A stretch of 64,000 bases of DNA from positions 1-64,000 of the forward strand of contig CAWHDT010000004.1 in assembly GCA_963828195.1 (NCBI GenBank), in the 5' to 3' direction. Below are positions 36,075-46,943 of this stretch, one piece after another; position 1 is the first letter of the stretch, and the number at the start of each line of letters is the position of its first letter. This DNA comes from Candidatus Bathyarchaeota archaeon. Its GTDB lineage: Archaea > Thermoproteota > Bathyarchaeia > Bathyarchaeales > Bathycorpusculaceae. Position numbers and translations under genes: made by a program. The notes beneath the pieces are model-generated. The model was not told the DNA's origin, made no database searches, and saw nothing but the letters and a program-made list of their open reading frames with translations.

Positions 36075-38188
36075 TTAAAGTTTTAGGTTTTTTAGCCAAT
36101 TGAATAAGTTGGTTTTTTGGGGCATTTGATTTTTCAATGCGAAAGCGGGGTTGTCATCTTTGTTTATGAGCATTTTCTTGATTAAGCCGGTTTTTTCTGC
36201 CTCAACTAGTTTTTGTGTGATCCAACTATCGGATGGGAATGTTTGAGATAGCTTTTGGAGTTCAAGAGTTATCCCTTGGACAGTTGGGTTATGGTTGTTC
36301 TGGGCGTTAGTTACAGCTTTCATTAGAAGCTGGGTTTCCGCAGGAAGCTTTCGGTAGAGGTTTAAAAGGGCAAGTTTTTCTTTTCTATCCAGAAAAACAG
36401 CATAAAGAGTGAGTAAAACAAGAAATACGGTGGCACCTGCTGAAAGCGTAAGGCCATTTTGGCTTATGCCCAATGCGACAGCGGTCCAGGCTCTTATTGG
36501 TTGCCAGTAGTTGTTGATGGCGCTTGCAAATGGAAGTTCTTGATTTTCAGTGTCTGATACGTTTTGCGGTGAGGATGGGTACATGATTAAGCTTATCATT
36601 ACACTTTTTGTTTGAGTCGTGCTGTTCGTGTCGAAAGTGGCTGTTTCATACCAGTAAAGAACCACCTGGGTTTGACCTGTATCTTTGTATTGAAATGCAA
36701 AGTAGCGTGCCGTAATTGGTGGGTTATCTTGGATCAAAATGTCTCTGAGATCAAGTTGAGTCACCGTTAATGGATTACCCGCACTAAGTGGATAATTGAT
36801 TAGGCAGGTTTCCCACCGGTGCTCAGAAACTACGCTGGGCGCGATCTGTATGGCCACCCACAATGATGGGGCTGTCTCGTTAGATGCACTGTAGGAGTAG
36901 ACAAGTGCTGCGTCGTCGCCCGACTGCTGTTCAAACTGTGTATCGCGATAATCGTAACTTAAATTATAGCAGCCACATTTGGAAGCATAGAGCTTGACGT
37001 ATTTATCTGGACACCTGAAGGTGTTTGGACCATAACTTGAGCTGGACCTTGCGTTAAAGCGAGCACAGGCGCTTGAATAGATAAAAGCATAACTACAATT
37101 ACGGCTATTCCCACGATTTTGGCGATGTCGGGTCGATTGAGACTTACTTTTGTATGTTTGAGAAGTTTTCCGCAGCTGGGGCAAAACGGTTTGGTTGAAC
37201 TTGTTTGGCGCGGTCTGCACTCTGGGCATATTGGAGGCGATCGAGGCTTTTTGAAGACTTTGTCAGTTATTGCCAGCAACAAAAGTGTTCCAATGAACAT
37301 AAGGACAGTGGCACCTACGTCGTGGAAAAGTTGTAATGCCAAGTCTTCCCCGAAGTTGTAGCCTATTGCCAAAATAGCAGTTATGCGGATTATGTTGAGC
37401 GCAACAATTAATGGTATACCTAAGGCGAGGATGGCGAATTTGTTACGTAGGTTACCGCGCATAATGTACGCTATGAACAAGGCAAAGATAACAAAGCCTA
37501 TCAAACTATAGATACCAGAGCAAGCCACATCCACATTAAATGGCAATGTTGTGTGGTTGGGTCTTAGAAGCGTTATTACGGGACCAGCGTTACTTGCGGA
37601 GAGCGTTGCATGTAATCCGAAAGTATTCGCAAGAGTATTTGATGCTGATGCACAAAAATTTGCGAGGTACGAACCGAAACCGTAGAGGATTTCGTCAGGC
37701 GGCGGAGTAAGAAATATGAGGAAAGCTATGGGAAAAAATAATTGTTTTAGCGTTTGGAGGTTAAATAGTAAAATGGTTAGTCCCGCCACCAGGAAAGGTA
37801 GAGTAAGCATGTGGTATGTTAACGGTGTGAAGGTGTAGCTTCCATACCAGTACGTCAGGATAGCGACGGCGCATAACGATATCCCAGCTGTTGCGGGGAA
37901 GATTTTTTGGAATCCGCTATTGTCTGTTTGGGGGGGCTGAAGGGCAGCATTAATCATTTTTCGTTTTCTATATAATAAATAAGCGAAGAGTAAGGGAATA
38001 ACGAGTATCTGGTAAGTTGATTGGTCGGTTAAAGCACCTGTAAATACCATGCCTAAGTCTTGAAAGTAAAGCGTAATCACAGCCAGAGTAATGACTGAAG
38101 CTTTCAATGCAATAACCAATCTATGCTGGCTTAGCACTAAAGATACCTTTGAAGTCGTGAAAAAATTGATTTCGTGCATAAGCGGCAC
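36075..38188 (-). pseudogene. Exosortase/archaeosortase fused to Zn-ribbon, EpsI-like and wHTH-like domains; 1-nt frameshift at ~36970 (true lesion or sequencing error)
   Basis: Catalytic-type VDVACSG, NIIRI and LFHD motifs in ORF 36959-38188. HRWETC and VLYWY EpsI-like motifs in ORF 36075-37229. Adding one G at GCT-G^C-TAT gives PNVAGYNLSYDYRD and a ~704-aa protein. Confidence 0.85.
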
Positions 38189-38473
38189 TGACAGTGCTTG
38201 ATGATTTTATGAGTCCTACGATTTATGTTTAATGTATTTTCAGCCTATATTTTCTATTCCTCTTATTTGCGAATGTAGCAATAAAGGGTAAAGGTTCGAA
38301 GCCCTTCGATTTGAAAATTATTTTTCTTCAATCGACGAAAAAAGCTGAAAGCGCTAAGCAATCTTATTCTTAAATATTTGGATTAACGCCTACAATTTAG
38401 TTCGCAGCCGGTTTTTTCCGTATTCTGAAAATATCAAAAGCCGCAAAGCAGACGAATAAGGCAAGTAACTTGC

Positions 38474-38798
38474 CTAACCAAGGCTATATTCAGAAGCAAC
38501 AAAAAGTGGCAACGTGTGTGAAGGAGAGGGCGTTTGGGAAGGAAATGGCGAAGGTGAGGATTTGGAGTTGTTAGTAATGCACGGCAATAAAACTGATTGC
38601 TGCAATAAGCAGGATCAAAAGTACAAGTCGTTTATAGAATTTGTGGGATAAACGAAAACCTCTTGGGGCTGGTTGCGAAGTCAAATACTCTTTATTCTTC
38701 CTGCTTTTACTATAATCATGGATGCATCTATTGAATATAACCATCATGCAATTGGTGGCGGACATATGCGCTCGTTTGACGTACGCACCTGAATCCAT
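38474..38798 (-). pseudogene. Remnant of a membrane-anchored protein (TM anchor + frameshifted S/P linker)
   Basis: ORF ends KRLVLLILLIAAISFIAVHY*; the adjacent frame continues TNNSKSSPSPFPSQTPSPSHT. Confidence 0.4.
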
Positions 38799-39342
38799 CG
38801 TGAAAAGTTAAAATCAAAATGCCTAGCTTCTTACGTTCAAATAAGCTTACCGCCACAAATTAGGAGCACGCTTGCATTTTTAATTTACGACTTGGTTTCT
38901 GTTGTGGCTACAGACTATCAATCAGAGGTCGCAAATTACTGATAAACCCAAGGTTGCAACATACAAAAGACAAACGATCCTTCAGCAGTTAACCTACAAA
39001 TGAAGGATCAAAAATCCGTCGCACTTTCATCATTTCTTCAAATAAAATAAAAAAGAAACCCTCATATTTTTACTGCCCAAAAAACCGTCCGAAAACAACC
39101 AAGTAAAAAAGGATCAGAAACTTTTAACAAATATCCCGCAAAAGAAAACCCCCTTATTTTTGCAAGATAAAGGCAGGTGTTCGGTAACCGCTGTTACAAT
39201 GACGCGTATTCAAGTTTAGGTGAACGCCAGCCGTCAACCAAACAGTTGACTGAATAGCTAGCGAACACGATTTGCACTAAGGTTACTTTTAGGTTGCTTT
39301 TGTTCTGCTTCAAGACTCCAGTTATTTTTCTTGGATAAAAGC

Positions 39343-39549
39343 TCAAAGAAAACCCATAACGCGCATTACGACTGTGGCAAAAAAAGTCAATCCGCAGCCG
39401 ATAGCTGCCATACGCAAAAATTGCTTATCAACGGCTAACCTTGCAGAGTAGTCGGGCGACGAATATAACAGTTCAGAAGTTGTGAGGAGTATTATAGCGG
39501 TTACTGCCAACCACAAACTAATATCAGACAAGCTTAGCGGAAAAACCAT
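39343..39549 (-). CDS. Small 2-TM membrane protein
   Basis: WLAVTAIILLTTSELL and a second TM; GGAGAG RBS; co-oriented with the glycan locus. Confidence 0.75.
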   Translation of the reverse strand: MVFPLSLSDISLWLAVTAIILLTTSELLYSSPDYSARLAVDKQFLRMAAIGCGLTFFATVVMRVMGFL

Positions 39550-39561
39550 TGTATCTCTCCA

Positions 39562-40365
39562 TTAAATAAAATGGAACACTAATTGAACACCACAGTTATT
39601 GGGTGATAGAATCTGCTCGTTAATCGTAACTGTTTTAGCTGAACTCTTGGCAAGTACACTTGCAACACCACTTACAACCGGACAGCCTAAGATCTGAACG
39701 CTCTTCAAAGGGGGATTTGCCCGGTACAAACTCGGATATAAAATGCCAGTTGCCTTGAAACTGACGCCGTCCTTCACGGCGGACATTTCTACCGTTTTAG
39801 CTAGATTAAATGTTTCCGTTAAGCACCTTGGCAAAATTTCCGTTAATTCATAGATAGGAATCTTACTGAAATCTAATTGTAAACGTTTTTCAATTTGAGC
39901 CATAAGGTCTGAGCCGGGAGAAGTAAAAAATGCGCCATGAGTTTTCTCGGATAGAAATCTGCCTGAGGTTAATTCGTCAATTGATGGCTTTCCATCGAAG
40001 CTTTCAGAAACAAAAACGACTGATTCTTTTAGGTTTTTGAGATATTCAGGAAGATTAACATCTTTTGGGTAAGCGGGAATATAGTATCCCTTTGCATTAA
40101 ATTTTAAATCATTAATCATCCGTTCAATTGTGGAATAAGCGGATTTTGCAGTAGCATCTAGAAGGCTGATTTCAACGTACTTTCCATTTCTTGCAAGAGA
40201 AAAAATAACACCCCAAAAAGTCAACCCAAGCCCGATGAAAGCAGCAATCTCCAACCCGAAAAGCATGGAGTAAGCCAAAAGAAGAATCCCGATGACCAAA
40301 AATAACGCTGCAAACGTTGAGGAGCTACGGTTCTTTTTTCGCATAGAGTTCAAACTTGCAAACAC
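39562..40365 (-). CDS. Membrane-anchored hypothetical protein (2 N-terminal TMs; GCP..S.VA C-terminal motif)
   Basis: Long ORF; resembles conserved hypotheticals seen beside archaeal glycosylation genes. Confidence 0.75.
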   Translation of the reverse strand: MFASLNSMRKKNRSSSTFAALFLVIGILLLAYSMLFGLEIAAFIGLGLTFWGVIFSLARNGKYVEISLLDATAKSAYSTIERMINDLKFNAKGYYIPAYPKDVNLPEYLKNLKESVVFVSESFDGKPSIDELTSGRFLSEKTHGAFFTSPGSDLMAQIEKRLQLDFSKIPIYELTEILPRCLTETFNLAKTVEMSAVKDGVSFKATGILYPSLYRANPPLKSVQILGCPVVSGVASVLAKSSAKTVTINEQILSPNNCGVQLVFHFI

Positions 40366-40519
40366 CTTTCCAACATTAATTTTAAAACAAGCTCATGGTT
40401 TTTGTAGAATTATATTGAATGTTATGTTTAAGGTTTATGATAAAACTCAATTATTTTCTAGAAAAATTTTCTCTGCACTATTCGCATAAGAAGTTTACAG
40501 CGCGCATTATCTTAGCACT

Positions 40520-43500
40520 TTAACTGTTCCTTCTGTTCGGGGACCTTTTTAGGAACCATACTAAGCTCACAAGAATCACGGTCACAGTTATAGTGGCAAT
40601 TATCAGACCCAAATAAACTTCACTGAATAAAGTTGCTTTATTTGCAGCATTTGCTAACGGACCTGCAGAAGAAGTGGATGAAATAGTCGGCGATGGCGTA
40701 TGCGTAGGTGCAGGTGTTGAGGTTGGATTGGGAGTTCCCTTAGGAACGGCAGTTGGACCCGGAGTTGGATTTTTTGGAGAGTCTGGAGCTGAAGTGGGTA
40801 AAGCTGATGGAGAGGGAGTTGATGCCGGAGTTGAAGTAGGTGTAAGTGTAAATGTTCCAGTGATGCTTTGAGGTCCCTGCACATAACTGAAAACGTAAGA
40901 TGACGCAACTGCTACTGATGAACCGTCAACGGTCAAGGATGCAATGGAGTAACCAGTGCTCGGTGTAATGGTGAAAACTTGGGAGCCACCATAAACAACG
41001 GATGTTGTGTCTGGGGATATCACTCCGTTAGCACCTTGAGTGACGGTAATAGTATATTGATTAATCGCGAAAGCCGCAGTCAAAGAGCCGTCAGCTGAAA
41101 CCGAACTAAACTGGTAAGACTGACCTGAAGACGAAGTAACAGGCACAGAAACGCCATTAGCAGTTATGGTCGCTACGTGATAACCTGTGTTTGGTGTAAT
41201 TGTGAAGCTTGGTGTAGCACCATAGTTAACAGGGCTTGTTCCAGGAGCGATTAATCCGTTGGCAGTCTGAGTAACAGCAATCGTGATTTGGGTCACAATA
41301 ACCGTTGCAGAGGGAGACTGAACTGAAGTTGTGCCTAAGCTGTCAGTAACAGTCACAGTAATCGAGTAAGTGCCCGCAGACGTTGGAGCAAAATTAAATG
41401 TCGAGGAAACATGGCCACTTTGAAGCACGGAATCAACATACCAGCTATAACTCGCGTAAGATCCCGATCCTCCAATAGCAGTAGCTGTAAAAGTCTCACC
41501 CTGGCCGACAACCATTGTCCACGAAGAAGGCGACACAGAAACAGTCGGAACAACATTCACTGAAACTAGCGCAGCATTTGACGGCACTGAAGTTGCGTTT
41601 AAACTGTCAGTCACCGTAACGGTAATCAAGTATGAACCTGAAGCAGCAGGAGAATAATTAAATGTCGATGCAGTCTGGCCGCTTTGAGCAGACCCATTCA
41701 CAAACCACTGATAAGACAAGTAAGAACCCGAACCACCAGAGGCAGAAGCAGTGAACACCTGGAATTGACCAACATTTAAAGTCGCCGAATCAGGCGTCAC
41801 ACTCGCCGTCGGAGCAGCATTCACAGTAACAGAAACCACCGTGGAATTAACCGCGGTTTTGGAACTAGCACTATCCGTAACTTGGAGCTCAAAACTCCAC
41901 GAACCCACAGTTGTTGAGCTTATTGTTGCAAAAGAATAGCTGCTGGAAGCTGCACTGTTAATCGTCGAGTAAGAAGTCGAGTTTGGAGCTTTCTGCAGCC
42001 ATTGGTATGTGTATGGACTTGTGCCAGAGGTAACAGCTGTAGAACCCAAAACTGTAGTTTGACCCTGATCAACCTCGGCTTTAGAAGCAGAAGCAGTCGG
42101 AGATACTAGCGCGGAGTCCACTGTTGCCGAAACGGCGTTAGAAGCAGAAGAAGTAACCGGAATAGAAGCGCTATCGGTTACTTGGCAGGTAATTGAATGT
42201 GAAGTTCCTGAAGCAGTATAAGAATAACTTGTACTGTTAGAGCCAACCATAGTGCCATCCAAGTACCACTGGTAATTAATGCCGCCTGAACCGCCAATAA
42301 CCGCAGCAGTAAAGATTTGAACCTGACCAATATCCATCGCAAGTGGACCAGGAGGAGTGATACTTACTGACGGCGAAGTAGCCACCGAAACGGGTGCGGT
42401 GGAAGATTGAGAAGTTGCACCTGAACTGTCAGTAACAGTCGCACCGATCAAGTAAGTACCCCCGGAGGCAGGAGCAAAACTAAACGTAGATCCGACCTGA
42501 CTAGACTGAGCTGACCCGTTCACATACCATTGATATCCTGTGTAAGACCCCGACCCGCCGCTAGGAGCAGCAGTAAACGTCTCAGACTGACCAACATCCA
42601 TAACCCAAGAAGAAGGCGACACACTCACAGTCAGAGCAACATTAACCACAACAGAAGCCGCCACCGAGGTAACAGTAACTGGAGTACCTGCGCTGTCAGT
42701 CACTTGAAGCTCAAAACTCCAAGACCCTGTAACCGTATAACCGGAAGTAACAAAATTATAACTATTGGAAACCGCGCCTGAAATAGGTGAGAAACTACTG
42801 CCAGGAGCCTCCTCAAACCACTGATACGAATACGGAGAAGATCCCGTTGAAACAGCAGTAGAAGTCAAACTGCAAGTCCGACCCTGATCTACCGTGCCGG
42901 AGTTAGGCGTCACAGTGGGAGCAACCAACGAAGAATTCACCTTAACTGACACGGCGTTAGAAGCAGGAGAAGTAGCTGGAGTAGAAGCGCTATCGGTCAC
43001 CTTACAGGTAACTGAGTGCGTGCCCGCTGAAGCTGTATAGGAATAACGTGCATTGTTAGAGCCAACTACGTTACCATCCACGTACCACTGATAAGAAAGA
43101 GTGCCAGAACCTCCATTAGCCGTGGCAGTAAACGCTTGAATCTGACCAACATCCATTGTAATTGAACTGGAAGGAGTGATGCTTACAGTCGGCGAAGCAG
43201 CAACAGTGACCGATGCGGCGATAGATTGAGCCGAAGTTGCACCTGCACTGTCATTGACAGTCGCAGTAATCAAATAAGTACCCGGGGAAACAGGAGCAAA
43301 ACTAAACGTGGAGGCAGTCGCGCCAGACTGAGCCGTCCCATTCACATACCACTGATAACCCGTATTGGTGCCTGTGCCTCCAGAAACGGTGGTTGTAAAC
43401 GTCGTAGACTGACCAACATCCATAACCCAAGAAGAAGGCGACACATTTACTGAAAGAGAAGCGCTTACTGTAACGGTTGCAGCAGGTGACTGAGGCGAAG

Positions 43501-45274
43501 TAACGCCTGAATTGTCAGTCACTGTCGCAGTAAGTAAATAAGAACCAAAAGCTTCAGGAACAAAATTAAACGTTGACGCAGTCTGGCCAGTCTGAGCAAC
43601 ATTATTCACATACCATTGATAAGCCGTGTAAGAGCCTGAACCGCCAGAAGCAGACGCCGAGAAAGTCTTAGACTGACCAACATCCATAACCCAGGTAGAG
43701 GGCGACACGCTCACAGTTGGCAGATCATTCACCGTAACCGTTGCAGGACCAGAAGTCACTACTACTCCCGCATTATCGGTCACCTGAAGCTCTAAACTCC
43801 AAATGCCTGGAGTCGTAGAACCCGAAGTGACAAAGTTGAAACCCGCTGAATTCGTGCCGACATCAACGTAAGAACCACCAGGAGACTTCTCCAGCCACAG
43901 ATAATTGTAAGGTGAAGTACCTGTCGATACAGCAGTAGAAGTCAAACTACAAGTCTGACTCTGATTCACAGCTGTCGGGTTAGCTGTCACGGTTGGAGCA
44001 GTCAGCTCAGTATTTACTGTGATCGTCGCAGGGGAAGACTGAGCAGAAGTTGCTCCTGAACTGTCAGTAACTGTCACGGTAATCGAGTAAGAACCCACGG
44101 AATCAAGAACATCAGGATCCAAAACGAACGTTGACGATGTCTGACCATTCTGAGCAGCACCATTAACATACCACTGATAACTCATGTAAGACCCTGTACC
44201 CCCGCTGGGAGCAGCAGTAAACGTCTTAGACTGCCCAACATCGATCGTACTTGAAGTAGGCGATACCGTAACAGTAGGAGCAAAGTAAACTGTGCGTATT
44301 TCCTGATACCATTCGTTCTGATTTTGATCCGTGAAGAGATAACATAAGTTATTGTTCGCGATGAAAATTTGTGGACATGCTTCGTCATTCGTTAATAGGG
44401 GACTGTTACCCGATAAAGTGTATCCTGACGTGGGATTTGTAGAATACCACGCATTAATGCGCCACAAACCACTATTAGCTGAAGTTTCTGCTTCAGTCAG
44501 AAGCCAATATTCTCCACCAGTGTACATTATGGTTGGGAAAGCAGTGTTGTATGGTTTTGTAACGTTCATCACTACTGTGTCGCTGGCGGTGCTGAAGCCT
44601 GTTATTGAAGAGGAGGTTCTCGCCATGATTTCCCACCAACCCCCTGAATCATGTCCCTGCACCCAGAACAAGTACCATAAGTTGTTGTTAGGATTGAGCC
44701 ACACGAATGGATTTGTCCACTCGTCGTAAGAAGTTGTTAAAACTGTTCCTGACTCTGTGAATGTTACTCCATTAGAGCTTGTCCATAACTCAACATCCTT
44801 GTTGTTTATGTTGTTTAGGAACATGTAGAAAATTCCGTTAACGTAAACAACCGAGGGAGTACGGTACTCTCCAGTCCCACTTAAAATCGGGTTGCTTGGA
44901 TAAGCAGTCCAAGTTCCAGTGATACTGTTTGAATAATACAGGTTTACGAGGCTACCTTCTTCATTAGAGTCATAAGCCAGGTAAGTCCAAGTTGCACCAT
45001 TAATAGTGGTGTCGCATTGAACGATGTCGGTTGTGTGTACCACTTCAAAGCCATGTTGATCTGTCGGATTGCCAGAAATCGGATTAGAAGCACTAGACAT
45101 AGGATAAAATGAGAGGGGAGTGGCTTGAGCATGAGCAGTTTGAAGAATGTTTGGAACGCTGAAAAGAACGCTAAATGTACTTATCGTCAACAAAGCTATG
45201 ATAAGGCAAGTTACTAAGCGTTTTTTAGTCTGCTTTTCACCTATATTCTTAATCTTGCATAAACGGAAAAACAT
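40520..45274 (-). CDS. 1584-aa surface protein: glycoside-hydrolase-like beta-propeller + tandem Ig/PKD-like repeats + P/T linker + TM
   Basis: Signal peptide; YPSNPIL/SGNSPLL propeller motifs; ~11 repeats with YQW[YLF] and VTVTDS; two ITPxTGYxxxxxTxxG repeats; C-terminal TM + KR. Confidence 0.88.
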   Translation of the reverse strand: MFFRLCKIKNIGEKQTKKRLVTCLIIALLTISTFSVLFSVPNILQTAHAQATPLSFYPMSSASNPISGNPTDQHGFEVVHTTDIVQCDTTINGATWTYLAYDSNEEGSLVNLYYSNSITGTWTAYPSNPILSGTGEYRTPSVVYVNGIFYMFLNNINNKDVELWTSSNGVTFTESGTVLTTSYDEWTNPFVWLNPNNNLWYLFWVQGHDSGGWWEIMARTSSSITGFSTASDTVVMNVTKPYNTAFPTIMYTGGEYWLLTEAETSANSGLWRINAWYSTNPTSGYTLSGNSPLLTNDEACPQIFIANNNLCYLFTDQNQNEWYQEIRTVYFAPTVTVSPTSSTIDVGQSKTFTAAPSGGTGSYMSYQWYVNGAAQNGQTSSTFVLDPDVLDSVGSYSITVTVTDSSGATSAQSSPATITVNTELTAPTVTANPTAVNQSQTCSLTSTAVSTGTSPYNYLWLEKSPGGSYVDVGTNSAGFNFVTSGSTTPGIWSLELQVTDNAGVVVTSGPATVTVNDLPTVSVSPSTWVMDVGQSKTFSASASGGSGSYTAYQWYVNNVAQTGQTASTFNFVPEAFGSYLLTATVTDNSGVTSPQSPAATVTVSASLSVNVSPSSWVMDVGQSTTFTTTVSGGTGTNTGYQWYVNGTAQSGATASTFSFAPVSPGTYLITATVNDSAGATSAQSIAASVTVAASPTVSITPSSSITMDVGQIQAFTATANGGSGTLSYQWYVDGNVVGSNNARYSYTASAGTHSVTCKVTDSASTPATSPASNAVSVKVNSSLVAPTVTPNSGTVDQGRTCSLTSTAVSTGSSPYSYQWFEEAPGSSFSPISGAVSNSYNFVTSGYTVTGSWSFELQVTDSAGTPVTVTSVAASVVVNVALTVSVSPSSWVMDVGQSETFTAAPSGGSGSYTGYQWYVNGSAQSSQVGSTFSFAPASGGTYLIGATVTDSSGATSQSSTAPVSVATSPSVSITPPGPLAMDIGQVQIFTAAVIGGSGGINYQWYLDGTMVGSNSTSYSYTASGTSHSITCQVTDSASIPVTSSASNAVSATVDSALVSPTASASKAEVDQGQTTVLGSTAVTSGTSPYTYQWLQKAPNSTSYSTINSAASSSYSFATISSTTVGSWSFELQVTDSASSKTAVNSTVVSVTVNAAPTASVTPDSATLNVGQFQVFTASASGGSGSYLSYQWFVNGSAQSGQTASTFNYSPAASGSYLITVTVTDSLNATSVPSNAALVSVNVVPTVSVSPSSWTMVVGQGETFTATAIGGSGSYASYSWYVDSVLQSGHVSSTFNFAPTSAGTYSITVTVTDSLGTTSVQSPSATVIVTQITIAVTQTANGLIAPGTSPVNYGATPSFTITPNTGYHVATITANGVSVPVTSSSGQSYQFSSVSADGSLTAAFAINQYTITVTQGANGVISPDTTSVVYGGSQVFTITPSTGYSIASLTVDGSSVAVASSYVFSYVQGPQSITGTFTLTPTSTPASTPSPSALPTSAPDSPKNPTPGPTAVPKGTPNPTSTPAPTHTPSPTISSTSSAGPLANAANKATLFSEVYLGLIIATITVTVILVSLVWFLKRSPNRRNS
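41330..44280 (-). repeat. Intragenic tandem repeat region of the 1584-aa protein
   Basis: Near-identical DNA blocks, e.g. GACTGACCAACATCCATAACCCA at ~42586, ~43407 and ~43671; AGAAGCGCTATCGGT at ~42164 and ~42983. Confidence 0.85.
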
Positions 45275-45637
45275 GAATTATCCTTTCTCCACTAAAAACA
45301 GGTTCTCTAAAGCGTTGTTCAAGTTATTTCGGAAAAAAAAGCTACGCCGCTTTAGTCCACTTCAATTTATTTTATCAGCGTTCAGTTCATAAATATATTT
45401 GTGGGTGTGTTTCTGTAATAACAACTTAAAAAAGATAGATTTCACCAAAAAAAGCCAAATACTTTGAAAAAACTAATACCCAAATTACCCTAGTCACTAC
45501 TCGGGGTCTTACTTCCGAACTCGAACGTATAGCCACAATATAGCCATAACATTGATGTTGATTGCAATGGGTGATGGTGGAGGCGACTCAAACGCATAGG
45601 AATAAGTACGAAACTTGTGCTTACCTACCGTGTGCTA

Positions 45638-46786
45638 TTAGCCGATCAGTAAACTTTCAAATGCCTCGACCCGCTTATCCCAAGAGCAATCTTCTGCAAA
45701 TCTTATTCTTTTCGCAACTATGGCTTCATGGTCAGGCTTATTGGATTCTTTCACGGCTTCTTCCACCTTTCTTATGAAATCGTCTTCATTTTTTCCGATA
45801 TAGACAAATTCAGATGCGTTATTAATTACCTCTGGCAATGCTGTCGAAACAACGGGTTTCCCTGCCGCCAAGTATTCATACAGTTTTATTGGATTAACTG
45901 CACGTGTAAGCTTGTTTATTCTGAACGGAATCAGACAGACATCCATATAAGCCAAGTACTTTGGAAGAATTTCGTATTTCTTGACGCCAAGCAAGGAAAT
46001 ATTGGGATGTTGTTTGAATTTTTCTAATCCATAATTAACTGGTCCGATAAGCAAAACCGAGTAATCCGAATGCAACTCCGCCAGTTTGCAAACCAACTCC
46101 ACATCAAACCAGTCAGAGATCGCGCCGTGATAGCCAATTATGGGATGCCGTAGACGTTCCATTTCCGAGATTTTTTCATTAACTTTTGTAGCTTTAAGAA
46201 AGTGAGTCACATCAGCTCCATTTGGAACATAAAAGCAATTTGAATTGAACTTTGAGAGCTTCTGACGGAGAGCCTCAGATGTTACAACAACGGCAGAAGA
46301 GTTTGTAACCATATTTTGTTCTTCACGTAACACCCGGGCAACATCAGCCACATCAGAAAAACCGCTTACTTCGTCAACACAGTCGAATAGGATCTTTGTT
46401 CCCATAGCTCTTAGAGTGCTTAAAAGAGGAGCATATGCATTGCCATAGAAAATAGCCACATCAGGTTTAAAATGGAGGAAACGAAGAAACAACTTGAGAC
46501 CCGACACTTCAAGACCCCCATTAATGAACCTCAGTTTACCTTCAAAAGGAGGAAGAAACATGTTAACTGCGCTGAGCCGACTATTGATTTTTTTTCTTAA
46601 AAACAGGTTTTCGCTAGTAACAATCCATGAAAACTTGTTCAAGTACAATGGACCTTGAATGTACAGTACCGTATGACCGTTTCTAGCTAGTCTTGAGGCC
46701 AACTGTTGAGGCCTTTCCCAAAGTACCGTTTTCTTCTGAGAAAGAGTAAGCATACCATATACCGGAGAAAGCATAAGTATTTTCAA
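45638..46786 (-). CDS. GT4-like (GT-B) glycosyltransferase
   Basis: WERPQQLA, FDCVD, VPNGAD, NPIKLYEYLAAGKPVVST. Confidence 0.9.
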   Translation of the reverse strand: MKILMLSPVYGMLTLSQKKTVLWERPQQLASRLARNGHTVLYIQGPLYLNKFSWIVTSENLFLRKKINSRLSAVNMFLPPFEGKLRFINGGLEVSGLKLFLRFLHFKPDVAIFYGNAYAPLLSTLRAMGTKILFDCVDEVSGFSDVADVARVLREEQNMVTNSSAVVVTSEALRQKLSKFNSNCFYVPNGADVTHFLKATKVNEKISEMERLRHPIIGYHGAISDWFDVELVCKLAELHSDYSVLLIGPVNYGLEKFKQHPNISLLGVKKYEILPKYLAYMDVCLIPFRINKLTRAVNPIKLYEYLAAGKPVVSTALPEVINNASEFVYIGKNEDDFIRKVEEAVKESNKPDHEAIVAKRIRFAEDCSWDKRVEAFESLLIG

Positions 46787-46943
46787 TTTAATCGACTCTC
46801 CATATTACTACATCACGAGGTAAAAGAGCATCACAAATCGATTTTTTAGTTTGAGTCTCAATAGTTACAATCAACTTGAGCGGCCCCGACTAATCCTTTT
46901 GTTTGATGTTAAAAGCGCCAGGTTATGTCGGCGTTTTTTGTGT

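Noticed and set aside
36970-37229. N-terminal ~85 aa of ORF 36075-37229 as an independent overlapping gene
   Set aside because: It is the off-frame reading of the sortase gene; meaningful sequence starts only after the frameshift
39177-39268. tRNA gene
   Set aside because: No TTCRA T-loop or D-loop GG, and arm spacing is incompatible; kept only as a generic structure
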